Counted from the stretch's first letter, positions 29,450 to 42,390 are shown. The stretch: 64,000 bases of DNA from Eledone cirrhosa (GCA_964016885.1 OZ024740.1:273792001-273856000), one strand, 5' to 3'. Notes: generated by a model not told the origin, from the sequence alone. Numbers and translations are program-made.

Positions 29450-29760
29450 ATCATCATTTTGACGACTTCTTTCCCTGCTAGCAAGGGTTGGATGGGTCTA
29501 CTTAGACCATGTCAGTACAGAAGAGGGGCTGCTGGTTTCCCATATAGTCCAGGGATCTGCATCTCAAATGTGTACACTTTCACATTCTATTGAGTGCATA
29601 GGAGAGATTGTCATGAATCTCACATCACTGAGCATCCTCCAAACCCGTTATTTGACAAGCTTTCTAAGGCTGGATGCCCTTCTTATTACCGACCACATTA
29701 TATCCTATAATGGACGTGTTTATCGTGTACATCACCAACACTAGATAGATTGCCATACCA
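29450..29760 (-). mobile_element. RTE-type 3' tail / SINE tail fragment
   Basis: catcattttgacg..ttccctgctagcaagggttggatgg and ggctggatgcccttc motifs of the shared RTE tail. Confidence 0.55.
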
Positions 29761-29804
29761 TGTCATGACTGAGGGGTCTTCTTGACCCATCCTTCCTTTA
29801 TATA

Positions 29805-31110
29805 TATAGTGAGGCAACTACAAGAGAGGTTCTTAGAGAAGAATAAGCCACTATACTTAGCTTTTGTTGACCAAGAGAAGGCCTTTGATAGGGTAGCGCG
29901 ATCTGTCATCTGGTGGTCCCTAAGGAAACTAGGTATAGAGGAATGGCTTGTGAAGACAGTGCAAGCTATGTACAGGGGTGCTGTCAGTAAAGCGAGAATA
30001 GGAATGGAATTTAGTGAGGAATTCGAGATACAAGTAGGTTTTCATTATACAAGTAGGTGTTCAAGCCATAATAGAGGAGTTTAAGACTGGATGTCCATGG
30101 GAACTTTTCTATGCTGACGATCTGGTTCTTATAGCAGAATCAGTAGAGGAGCTAGAGAATAAATTCTGGCTATGGGAACAGCAGTTGGCATCAACAGCTC
30201 TTAGAGTGAACATAGCTAAAACAAAAGTGTTGATAGTAGAAGAGAGCACAATACTCTGATTCCATCAGGGAAATGGCCATGTTTGATATGTAGGAAAGGA
30301 ACTGACATAAATTCCATAAAATGTACACAATGCAGATATTGGGTACACAAGAGATGTAGTAGGGTAGCAGGCAAACTAACATGTAGGGAAAACTACATAT
30401 GCAGTAGATGTACAGGGGAAGTTGGAAGTAGTAATTGCAGTGATAGGCTCATTTTTCCAATGCAGGTGGGTTCTATAGAAGTGGTTGACAGGTTCCGGTA
30501 CCTAGGTGATCAGATTAGCATGGGAGGGGGCGGGGTTCCGAGGCCATAGTATCTAGAATAAGGATAGGTTGGAAGAAGTTAAGGGAGCTGCTTCCTTTGT
30601 TGACAAAGAAGGGTTTATCCCTGCGTACAAAAGGACGGTTATATGATGCATGTGTGAGATGTGCCATGCTGCATGGTAGTGAGACATGGGCAGCAACTGC
30701 TGAAGATATGCGACAGCTAGAGAGAAATGAAGCAAGTATGCTCCGTTGGATCTGCAATGTCAATGTGCGTGAACGACCAAGCATAAACGAGTTCAGAAAG
30801 AGACTGGTGATAAGATGGATAAGTTGTGGTGTGCAGAAGAGAAGGCTGAGATGGTATGGACATGTGATGCGCATGGAGGATGACCGGTGGGTAAAGAAGT
30901 GCCAAGAAATCCCAGTAGAGGGAAGATGCAGTAGAGATAGACCATGAAAAACATGGGCAGAGGTGGTGAAAGCAGACCTCAGATTGCTGAAACTCACCGA
31001 GGAGATGACGAAGGAGCGTGACAAGTGGAGTGATGCTGTGCTGAATAGGACCCGTCCAATCCTTGGAAGCAGGAAAATGCAGACATAAAATGATGATGAT
31101 GATGATGATA
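29805..31110 (+). mobile_element. RTE-clade LINE, 5'-truncated
   Basis: VRQLQERFLEKNKPLYLAFVDQEKAFDRV, YADD, PHD-like finger, LHGSETW, RRLRWYGHVMR; (GAT)n tail. Confidence 0.9.
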
Positions 31111-31386
31111 AATACATATATATGTGGTGTGGAGGATCGTATGTAAACATTTATGTGTATAAGCACATAAAGCATATATATGTATGTATATATATATATA
31201 TATATATACATTTTTTAAGTATGTGTATATATATATAACAGTGAGAAATGAAATTTCGTTTCATTTTTTCCATTTATATATATATATACATATATCTGTA
31301 CATATGTATATATATATATATTTATGAGCATATGTATATATATATGTATATATATATGTATATATGTATATATATATATACAAATA

Positions 31387-31443
<57 letters not shown>

Positions 31444-31446
<3 letters not shown>

Positions 31447-31628
31447 AGACCCCGACGGCTGAGCTCAAGCCGTTCCGACGGCTAATTCAGTACAGAATTA
31501 GCCGTCGAAACGGCTTGAGCTCAGCCGTCGGGGTCTTACTTACTCCTATTTCCCACTCTACTACCCTAAGTATTGAGTACTTTGGTGCGTTATGGTCCAC
31601 CTGGTTCCTTACCACTTTTCCCTCGCTA
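31444..31628 (+). mobile_element. 96-bp palindrome with hammerhead 3' half plus conserved tail, inside (TA)n
   Basis: 31444-31539 self-complementary with 2 mismatches, centre GTAC; contains stem II-GAAA-cggct..agccg-TC; tail 31540-31628 matches 44360-44458. Confidence 0.8.
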
Positions 31629-31633
31629 TATAG

Positions 31634-31664
<31 letters not shown>

Positions 31665-31995
31665 AGCAAATGATGAAATATCAAGCACAAATGTAAAAAG
31701 CCTGTAAAAGGCTCAGATAGCTGACAAAAGAGTAAATGGATATAACATAAAAAATAATATTATGAAGTAAAAAATACAAATGTTTGGTGGGTGATGGTCA
31801 GAATTTCTTGTTTTTTTTCTTGTTAATATATGTTTATATATAAGTGTGTGTGACTCTCTATGTCTGTCTGTGTGTCCAGAAGGGGGATTGTGTGTAAATG
31901 TAGGTATTTTTCTAGATGAGTTTTTTTTTTTGCTTTTTTATTTATGTGTCTACATCTTTGGTAGTTTTTGTGTCTGATGACATGTTATTGTACAC

Positions 31996-32052
<57 letters not shown>

Positions 32053-32364
32053 TGTGTGTGTGTGTGCGCGCATGTATGTTTCTGTTTCTGATGTAGATAT
32101 TTATGTGTATGTAAAAATCTATGTGTGAATGCAAGAGTGAGAGAAAGGGTGGGGGTGGAAGAGAGAGAAAAAATGAGTGCACCTAATGGGGTGTGATGAG
32201 GGAAAAGTAGTTCGTGTGTATGAATCTCTGTGCATATATGTGAGAAAATGTGAGTGACAGAGGAGTAAGACATATTTTTTGTTAGTGCTTATGTGATTGT
32301 GTGAGGTGGAAGCTGAGTGGGAGAGAATGAAAGTGACAACAGCACAAGAAACATTGTATGCAAG

Positions 32365-32398
<34 letters not shown>

Positions 32399-32461
32399 TA
32401 TACAAATGTGTATATATATAAATATATACACATATGTATATATATATGTACATACGTATAC

Positions 32462-32516
<55 letters not shown>

Positions 32517-32614
32517 TATATGTATACATATGCGTGGGTTTCTCATTAGCAACATGACCCTTTCCAAAGTATAACAATATACATATGTATATATATATAT
32601 ACATTTATATATAC

Positions 32615-32675
<61 letters not shown>

Positions 32676-32750
32676 CACACACACACACACATATATATAT
32701 ACACACATATACACACACATATATATATACACACATGCATATATATATAC

Positions 32751-32812
<62 letters not shown>

Positions 32813-32831
32813 CTATTTTTATACTTTAATT

Positions 32832-32869
<38 letters not shown>

Positions 32870-33455
32870 CATATATATATATACATATATATGTATATAC
32901 ATTCATATATATATATGATTGACTAGCTCATGTGTGAATGCACAGAAGATAGACATTTATTCGGTGGCAAATGAGGTAGGCACTGTTACTATACTACCTC
33001 AAGTGACTGAAGATACTGGGATTGAAAATGTGGCCAGATGTCTTTTGATGGAGATAAAAAGTTTTTTCCATTGTTGTTCCACTCACTAACCTTTCTCCAT
33101 CATTCACCGATGAGTAAAGTTGTTGAACACATCTTCATTCTTTCCTTCCTTTCTTCTTTCCTTCTAAGAAATTTCCATTTATCAAGGGTCAAGTTATTTT
33201 TTTATTTCAAATTTTGTTTTCTTTTTCCTATCATTCAAGCTCAACCTCTCCAACTCCTGTTTCCTCTAGCCCCTTCTCACCCTTTCATATTCTTCATATT
33301 TGTTGTAGCTTTCTTTAACATTATTATTACTATTAATAGTGATTTCTAACTTCTACACAAAGCCATACATGTTTTGAGAGAAAGGAGTATAGTTGGAAGT
33401 CATATTTTGAAGCCAGACAATATAAAGTGATGAAACATAAATGTATGTCTGAGAA

Positions 33456-33556
<101 letters not shown>

Positions 33557-33567
33557 ATGCATCATGA

Positions 33568-33903
33568 TCATCATCAACATTATACGTCTGCTTTTTCCCA
33601 GCTTGCAAGAGGTGAAACGGGAACTGATTCTGGCTTGATTTCTACAGCTGGATGCCCTTCCTAACACCAGCCTCATTTACAGTGAGTGCTGGGTGCTTTT
33701 TTTCCATGGCGCCTGCACGTCCACTTTACAGAGGAATGATAGGGACTCCAGTCCTATCATCTCATTTCTACAGCTGAGTAAACTGGAGCAATGTGAAATA
33801 AAGTGACTTGCTCAAGGAAAAAACACATCACCCGATCTGTCAATTGAACTCTCAACCTTTCAATTACAAGCCCAATGCTCTAACCACTAAGCCATGTGCC
33901 TCC
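33568..33903 (-). mobile_element. SINE family B (tRNA head, RTE-derived tail)
   Basis: Reverse complement of ggaggcacatggcttagtggttagag...ggaagggcatccagctgtagaaa...(gat)n. Confidence 0.9.
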
Positions 33904-33910
33904 ATATATA

Positions 33911-34150
33911 CACTTTATTTCACATGCTCCAGTTTACTCAGATATAGAAATGAGATGATAGGACTGGGGCCCCTATCATTCCACTGAAAAGTGGACATGC
34001 AGGCGCCACGGAAAAAAAGCACCCAGCACTCACTGTAAATAACGTTGGTGTTAGGAACGGCATCCAGCTTTAGAAATCAAGCTAGAATCAGTTCCTGTTC
34101 CACCCTTGGAAGCAGGGAAAAGCAGACGTAAAATGATGAATATGATGATG
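33911..34150 (+). mobile_element. SINE family B, 5'-truncated, head-to-head with the previous copy
   Basis: cactttatttcaca...gcagggaaaagcagacgtaaaatgatg. Confidence 0.9.
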
Positions 34151-34191
34151 CATACATATATATATACTGTATATACACACATATATACACA

Positions 34192-34283
<92 letters not shown>

Positions 34284-34462
34284 GAAGTAGTTCGCTGCCA
34301 AAGTGTATGATCAAGATATATCTGTATAAATACAGAGTGTGATCCGAAACTGCACGAACGTGTATAAATATATACTCATATCTAATATATGGGCATGTAA
34401 ACATGTTAAAAAATACGAATTTCCATGTAAATTGAAAAAGTGATACAACCTTAACCAATAAT

Positions 34463-34642
34463 TGTTTCTACGTTAGGCACAAGGCCAGCAATTACCCAGT
34501 GCATTACTGGTACTTTATTTTATCGACCCCGTAAGGATGAAAGGCAAAGTCAACCTCGGCGGGATTTGAACTCAGATCGTAAAGGGACGTAACTATACTG
34601 GAAAGCATGGCGTCCGACCCTCTACCGATACTGCCAATCCTC
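34463..34642 (-). mobile_element. SINE family A with TSD AACCAATAAT
   Basis: TSD at 34453-34462 and 34643-34652. Confidence 0.9.
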
Positions 34643-34716
34643 AACCAATAATGGGATCTAATTATAACCTCATCAGATGTGTATATATATATATATATTT
34701 GGTCTTATTATTATTA

Positions 34717-35100
34717 GGGCGGTGGATTGGCAGTATCGGTAGAGGGTCGGACGCCATGCTTTGCAGCATAGTTACGTCCCTTTATGATCTGAGTTCAAAT
34801 CCCGCCGAAGTTAACTTTGCCTTTTATCCTTACGGGGTCGATAAAATAAAGTACCAGTAATGTATTGGGTAATTGCTGGCCTTGTGCCACAAGTAGAAAC
34901 AATTAATATTAGGGCGGTGGATTGGCAGTATCGGTAGAGAGTCGGACGCCATTCATTCCAGCATAGTTACGTCCCTTTACAGTCTGAGTTCAAATCCCGC
35001 CGAGGTTAACTTTGCCTTTCATCCTTACGGGGTCGATAAAATAAAGTACCAGTAATGTACTGGGTAATTGCTGGTCTTGTCCCAAAAGTAGAAACAATTA
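34717..35100 (+). mobile_element. Two tandem SINE family A copies (34717-34905, 34911-35100)
   Basis: Both full length and closely similar. Confidence 0.9.
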
Positions 35101-35160
35101 TTATTATGAAATCGAGGTACTGTACTAATTTGCATGCAATTAGCGTTTGTAATGAATAAC

Positions 35161-35210
35161 TGTTTCTATTTTTGGCACAAGGCCAGCAAATACCCAGTGT
35201 ATTACTGATA
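35161..35210 (-). mobile_element. 5'-truncated SINE A tail with 17-bp TSD
   Basis: CGTTTGTAATGAATAAC at 35144-35160 and 35211-35227. Confidence 0.85.
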
Positions 35211-35493
35211 CGTTTGTAATGAATAACGATATATACTAAGAAGTGGAGTAGCAGTCGAAATGTATGATATTGTTACATCTGCGGAAATACAGAGTGAGTA
35301 TACATGCTGGTACAGTCTCAGTTTATCATACATTTAGGCTGCTAGTGTACTTTTCACTATATATCTTAATTAATTACTAGCCCAGGAGCTAATTACATGC
35401 AAATTAGTACGTCCACTTCAATATGATATTAAGTGTGAATTGGCATATATACCCATCAAATATGTGTTCTCTTATATTTGATTGGTTAATATA

Positions 35494-35542
35494 CACGTCT
35501 ACTGATGAGGTTCCAATTAGATCCGAAAATCGATTAAAGGTG
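35494..35542 (+). ncRNA. Degenerate type I hammerhead motif
   Basis: CTGATGA-ggttc(caatta)gatcc-GAAA-atcgat-TA-aaggtg; palindromic stem III, weak stem I. Confidence 0.55.
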
Positions 35543-35719
35543 TTTAACGTTTTTTCAGTTTACACGGAAATTCGTATATTTCGGCATGGTTACATGCCTA
35601 CATATTAGATATGTATATATATATTTCAGGTGCTCTTTCAGTTAAATATTCTGCATTATATGTGTGTGTGATGTGTGTGTCTACAGAAAGAGGAGGAGAG
35701 AGATCATTGTCAAATGTTT

Positions 35720-35995
35720 AAGAGGTCCTCTTTCTCATCATAGAGTCCTAGGTTCGATCGCCTCCTTGACACAACCTTGTGAGAAAGAATGGGTGAACTG
35801 TATCTGACTGGAAGCTGTACCTATAATCCATAGGGCCAGCCTTATCAAAAGATGTGTCATTTAATCTACTTGAGAATTGCGTAAAGGGAACACATTCTTA
35901 CAAAATGCTCAGGGATTTACACATCAATTTCATGAGCAGGCTTCTTGGTTGATCAAATAACTTGATCGATTACGCTAACAATCGAAACCGACCAA
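35720..35995 (+). mobile_element. Diverged Nin-like SINE
   Basis: B-box ggttcgatc; tgagaattgcgtaaagggaacac...aatttcatgagcaggct..gttgatc. Confidence 0.5.
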
Positions 35996-36359
35996 CGTAT
36001 ATTCCAAACATACGTGTGTGTTTGTTGTGAATGGATATATATGTATATAAATCATCATTATCATCACTATTTGCCATGCATTTTCCCCCGCTAACACGGG
36101 CTGTTGTTCCGTTGTGAGACAAATAAGATCATATGACCGTATCTTCCTCATAAGGAACTTTTCTGCGGACTTACTTTCTACTGCTGGATGCCTTTCCTAA
36201 CGCCAATCACATTTATTCCGTGGATATTTACAATATCGATTATCAATTAAAAATGTTTTCATGGTGAATTTAACACAATGAAAGGATACAATACTAGAAT
36301 ATGTGTGTATACTGTATTTTGTGTTACTAACGTATTACCCATAAAAGATGATGAGGTTT

Positions 36360-36785
36360 ATAATGTTTTCTTATTTAACTACAAGGCCAACAATTTTTGG
36401 GGAGGGGAATGTCGATTAAATCAACCCCAATGATTTTAACGACCACGTAATGATGAAAGGCAAAGCTAATCTTGGGTTTATTTGAACTCAGAACGTAAAG
36501 GGCCGTATATATGCTGTAAAGCATGGTGCCCGATGCCCTGCCGATTTTCCTAACACATCTTCCGAAAATTTATAAAATACTGGTTTCTGATTTTTTTGCA
36601 CAAGGTCAACAATTTTAAAGGGTTGGGAAAGTCGAATACACCGATACCAGTGCATTACAGGTCCTTTATTTTATCGACCACGTAATGATGAAAGACAAAG
36701 TTAACCTCGGCAAGATTTGAACTCAGAATGTAAAGTGATGTAACTATATGTCACACAGCATGTTGTCTGATGCTCTACCGATACT
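36360..36785 (-). mobile_element. Two diverged SINE A copies (about 36360-36550 and 36580-36785)
   Basis: gatgaaag..aaag..aa.ct.gg..atttgaactcagaa.gtaaag on the forward strand is the reverse of the family A core and B-box. Confidence 0.75.
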
Positions 36786-38640
36786 ATTTGTTTTATATAC
36801 TGGGGTTTATAATAAAAATATTTGATTTAATAATCCCTTGATTACAACATTTGATTTAAAGATCCTGACCTTCTATCTCTTGTCCCCCAGACAATCATTA
36901 CATTTCCTATTACAATCATTGAAAAGTATTACAATATATTTCTTCCATATTTTCTTAATCTTTATTAAACATATATCCATTACATTGCGAGGAATTTGCA
37001 TGTATGTATGTATGTTTTTTGGTTTTTTTTAGCGAAAGACTCCTAATCTTCATTATAACATCGCTCTAGAAGATCACTGCGACGTCATTTGCATCCAATA
37101 ATGTAGACCAGTTCTTCTTTTGATGTAAATACATTCGATGTTCAGAGAGTGGGATTGGTCCCGTGCAAAAGCTTCAAACACAGGCATTGCTTGTTATGTG
37201 ACATTTTTTGCAATGCGTTGCATTGCTGGCCATAGGCAGGTTCCTATGTGTAAGTATCAAACAATGGCATTGCTGGAAATCGAGTTGCAGCCGTCATGTA
37301 TGTATGTATAGATGGATGGTTGTAAGTGTCAGTATAGTTGCCTCGAAAAATGTATCTGATCAACCCATTCTGTAAAATTCTAGTAATGATGCCATTGTAA
37401 AATGCACACGGTTAGCCCGTTCTGTAAAGTGTTAGTACTGGCGTCACAATAAAATGCTCCCAGCACACACTTTTCAACCTTAGTGATCAAACATATTTAC
37501 TAGACAATGGACGTTTTTCTCCGAAAATCGTGGTGGGATTTGAACGAACTGTGGAATAATATAGCAAAATGCGTAATTGCAAGTAGAAACATTCAGATTA
37601 TGTAGAGACAGCTGATAAAATCCAACTAGTTTGCAATGATTGGTCGAAACGTTCATAGGCTGACCATGATACTCTCATGGAATGACCAAATCAGGTTTAT
37701 TTTTCAACATAATCACTGGAAAGAATCAAAGCAGTTATTAATAAGAAGAGTAGAAATTAATGCATGCAAGCTTTCACATATCTAGCATCAATCGGTTATA
37801 GTAAACGTCTGAACTCATCAGCCTACCCTCGTACATTGACCTCTAGGAAGACGAACGCTCTTTCTCATTCACTCTTCGACACCTGTGAAGCTGAAAGGAA
37901 CCTTGAGAATAGAATATGTTGAGTGCCATGAACAGTAAATTGTAATTATTTATTTTATTCTTTAGTAAATAATTTATTTGATCATATATGTGTGTGCATG
38001 TTCAGTTGCGTAATTGTATAACGTCTATACCTCGTTTTTCTTAAAACTTTACATATTTTTCTAATAACTTTTGTAACACATAACATCTATATATAAATTG
38101 TACCTGGTCCCAACTAAAAGAACTGTTACCATAATCATCAGCATTACTATTATTATTGTATTAAATTGCTAACAATAGATTACGTGTGGTGTAAATGATT
38201 ACGTGTCGGTCATGCTGTGGAAAGGAGATGGGAAGAATGCGTGTGTTTATAGAGCAAGAGAAAAAAAAAAGAAGTGGTTAGGGGTGTTGATGGTGTCAGC
38301 GGAAGAAAAGAATGAAATTTCATGTCTTTATGGAAAAGAGATGGTAAGAGTTTGTGTGTATCTATGTGTCAGAGACAGAGAGAGAACTAAAAGAAAAATT
38401 ACTTTATAAAACTTTAGTTACGTTGCTAAAAGTGTGTGGTTATGAGTGGTAATGTTATCTTTTTTTTTTTTAAATCTATACTATATCAAAAATATTGTTT
38501 ATCGTCAAATTATAATTGAGTAAAATATTCCATTATAGAAAATTCTCTCATTTGTTAATATATTCTTCGTGAGTGTATATATATATATATTTTATAACAT
38601 TTCCAGTACATCTGTGAGAATGCTATTTCTTTTCGTTTTC

Positions 38641-38856
38641 AGGGTGGTTGATCGCCAGAATTGGTAGAGCGTTTGACACCATGCTTTGCATCATAGAGTT
38701 ATGGTCCGTTACGTTCTGAGTTCAAATCCCGCCGAAGATACCTTTCATCCTTACGGGGTTGATAAAATAAAGTACCAGTGATGCACTGATCTTGATTTAA
38801 TCAGCTTTCCCTCCTCTTCAAATTTTTGGCCTTGAGGTTAAAGAAGAAACAATTAT
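38641..38856 (+). mobile_element. SINE family A
   Basis: gagttcaaatcccgccga..cctttcatccttacggggttgataaaataaagtaccag. Confidence 0.85.
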
Positions 38857-39156
38857 TAAAGTAAGTACTAGTCAAATACTGGGGTTTATTTAATTGATTA
38901 GTCTCCTATCCTCAAATTTCTGGTATAGTGCTTATTTAAGAAATTAGTGTTATCATTAATATTATTAAAAGTATTTACATTGTCAGACAGGCAGAGCCAA
39001 CGATTAAATACTATACAGATTATAAACGTGCTCTTAATATTCTAGGGACAAATAATGTCATGACTCAGTTGAATCTAATTCTGACTTCTATTATATTATT
39101 GAAATTCTACCAGTAATATATGGGAATTCAATGCTATTGATGTTATACCTTTTTTA

Positions 39157-39275
39157 CATGCCCTTCCTAACACCAACCACCTTTACAGTGTGGACTGGGA
39201 GGTTTTTACCGTGTTACCTACACGGCCACATTACAGCGTGGACTGTGTTTTTTTGTCGTGACACCTACACAACCT
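39157..39275 (-). mobile_element. RTE 3'UTR fragment
   Basis: Close reverse complement of about 54020-54137. Confidence 0.85.
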
Positions 39276-39570
39276 CATTTATTTACGACTAGATGTTGTG
39301 CTACCAACATAACTTTACAGAGAAAAAAAAAATATATATATATATATATTCCATATGACTAGGACTCTTTTATTGGTTTCATACTTTCAAATGTGACAGT
39401 TTTAATTGTGTCAATTTCAATTCTATATGAAATAAATATATATATTGTCTACTTAGTATAGAGTACCTTATTTAACTGTGATTTCTATCCAATCCCCTTC
39501 GTAAAAATGCCCTTATATATATATGTGTGTATGTGTGTGTGCGTGTGTGTGTGTTTGTGTGCTGACATTT

Positions 39571-39617
39571 ACTGTCTGATGAACCTGTGATAAGTAGGCA
39601 AAACTCCAGAGTAACAA
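39571..39617 (+). ncRNA. Type I hammerhead motif with core mutation
   Basis: tgt-CTGATGA-a-cctg(tgataag)tagg-c-AAAA-ctc(ca)gag-TA-aca; GUA site, G12 replaced by A; followed by tail ctctact..gtattaagtac..tggtccacctgg..cttaccac then (TA)n. Confidence 0.7.
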
Positions 39618-39776
39618 GACTCACTATTTAGCCTTAATAAAATGAATATTAAAACTCTACTTCGGTATTAAGTACACTTTTTTTCTCAGCCATCAACCAT
39701 AAATAAATGTACACATGTGGTCCACCTGGTATCTTACCACACGCTCTTTGTTTTATATATATATGTATATATATAT

Positions 39777-39823
<47 letters not shown>

Positions 39824-39832
39824 CACACACAC

Positions 39833-39896
<64 letters not shown>

Positions 39897-40225
39897 GGAG
39901 GCACATGGCTTAGTGGTTAGCCTTAAATCGAAATGTTGTGAGTTCAATTCTCAGACCAGGTGATGTGTTGTTTCCTTGAGCAAGACACTTTATTTCGCAT
40001 TGTTCCAGTTTACTCAGCTGTAGAAATGAGATGATAGGGACCGGAGTCCCTATCATTCCACTGCAAAGTGGTCGTGGAGGTGCCATGGCAAAAAATCCAC
40101 CCACCACTCACTGTAAATGAGGTTGGTGTTAGGAAGGGCATCCATCTGCAGAAATCAAGCCAGAATCAGTTCCCGTCCCACCCTTGCAAGCAGGGAAAAG
40201 CGGACGTAAAATGAAATGATGATGA
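39897..40225 (+). mobile_element. SINE family B
   Basis: Full length with A- and B-box-like head and RTE tail. Confidence 0.9.
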
Positions 40226-41468
40226 TATATATATATATGTGTGTGTGTGTACACATCATTTATATATATATACATCATCTATATCTTCTATTAAATTTCT
40301 TGCATTCTCTCAATGAAAATATGTTTGTAATAATATTTTCGCCGCTGTAGTCATTACATTCGTCATCAATATTATCACTATGTTTTATTTTTGTAAATTT
40401 ATATTCCTTTATAATACGTTTTTTTTTTTATAATGATGGTGGTTGTGGTTGTATTGTTTAGCATGGCGTTGGTGTTCGTGGAGGGGTGTATAAAAGAAGT
40501 GGGAACATCCTTTACAATTCTTAGGTGTCTCACCTTATTACTCTATTCTATTGCATTCTACTTTTACCCTGGTATTATTCTCCAACTCATACTTTCACTC
40601 TAAACCTCTCTCCCGCCCTGTAAGTGTGTTTCTCTCCCGCCTTGTGAGTGTTTCTCTCCCTCCTTGTGAGTGTTTCTCTCTCCCTCTCGCTCTCCCTCCA
40701 AGTGTCTCTGTCTCTCTCTCTGCCCCCCCCCCCCCCCCCTGTGAATGTGTCTCTCTCTCACTCCCTCACTGTAAGTGTGTCACTCTCTCACTCCCTCCCT
40801 CCCTATGTGTGTGTCCCTCTCTTACTTGCTTTGCCTTCCTCTCTGTTTCTCTCTCATACATACACAGAAAACATCCATACCATACCAACCACAATATTCC
40901 CTAAAAAGTGTTGAAAATAACACAAAATCCTTTAAAAAATACGAACAAAGAAAAGAAAGGAAATAAAAAATAGATAATGACAAAAAATAAATATTAACTA
41001 ATCAGTAAAAAAAAATATAAATTAATAGATAAAGCCTACCCAACACAAACATTGCTTCCCATGAAAGTTCGAAACCTCATTCAAATAATGCTGTGAACTA
41101 TAACACTTATAGACTTCTTTTAATTCTACCTGCCCAGGGCATGTAATCTTTTCAAGGTGTGCCCAACTTTTGTCCTATAGTTTTGTCTTCTATTTTATTA
41201 TAATTTTGTATTTTTCTCAATTCTTAATAGTGTTGTTTTTTTTCTGTCAATTTATTTCATTTATTTAAGCTTATTTATCTCTCATGGACACATACACACA
41301 ATAAATATACAGATATAAACATAGTTCCACTTATATATTTATACACACATACACATATATACTTGTATATATATCTTTTATGGATCTGTCTATATACATA
41401 TATTCATGAAATATGTAGTATACAAGCATATATAATATATAGATATATTCATATATATATATATATTC

Positions 41469-41515
<47 letters not shown>

Positions 41516-41527
41516 TATATATATATA

Positions 41528-41567
41528 TAAGTGCATATTTATGTTTGTATCTCAATCTCTCTCTCTC

Positions 41568-41610
<43 letters not shown>

Positions 41611-41715
41611 GAAATATATATGTATATGCTCACATATACATACATACATATATACATATATATACATATATATATACAAACACACATAAATATATATGTA
41701 TATGCTCACATATAC

Positions 41716-41748
<33 letters not shown>

Positions 41749-41751
41749 CAA

Positions 41752-41801
<50 letters not shown>

Positions 41802-41974
41802 TTATATATATATATATATATATATATACAGTTATATATATATATATATATATATATGTCTATGTATATGTGAGCATATACATATATATTTATGTGTGTT
41901 TGTATATATATATATGTATATATATGTATATATGTATGTATGTATGTATATGTGAGCATATACATATATATTTC

Positions 41975-42037
<63 letters not shown>

Positions 42038-42094
42038 ATGTATATATATATATGAGAGAGAGAGATTGAGATACAAACATAAATATGCACTTAT
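41528..42094. repeat. Inverted duplication of microsatellite-rich sequence centred on (TA)n
   Basis: taagtgcatatttatgtttgtatctcaatctctc...gctcacata (x2) mirrored by tgtgagc (x2)...gagattgagatacaaacataaatatgcactta. Confidence 0.9.
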
Positions 42095-42390
42095 GAATGC
42101 ATGCATTTGAATAGATAGGGAGAATTTAGTAGGATTCCTTCCTTTTTCTGTGAATTCCATACATATGAATATCAACAATTATTTTAATTATATAAATATA
42201 TATATATTTATATACATACATGAATGTATGTATTTCTGCATATATATGTGTATGTGTATATATATATATATATATATGTCTGTCTATATATAATATAAAA
42301 TAATATATGGGTTATTTTTCAATGTGTTAATATTGTCATCATCATCATCATCATTTTACGCCCGCTTTTCCCTGCTTGCAAGGGTGGGAT

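Larger units (their letters stand above)
34370..35615. repeat. Diverged inverted pair of hammerhead-bearing units (34370-34680 minus; about 35495-35615 plus) enclosing SINEs and an inner inverted repeat
   Basis: catatctaata..ggcatgtaa..tacgaatttcc.tgtaaa.tgaaaaa mirrored at 35540-35615; ctgatgagg..aattagatcc in both arms; inner IR about 35122-35270 / 35325-35410. Confidence 0.75.

Noticed and set aside
34717-35100. tRNA genes or CRISPR-like array
   Set aside because: Tandem SINE copies with tRNA-like heads; no cloverleaf or repeat-spacer structure
37606-37665. Hammerhead-like CTGATAA..ccaa/ttgg..GAAACGTT (and minus-strand CTGATGA at about 37820)
   Set aside because: Core mutated, and stems I and II are not convincingly paired
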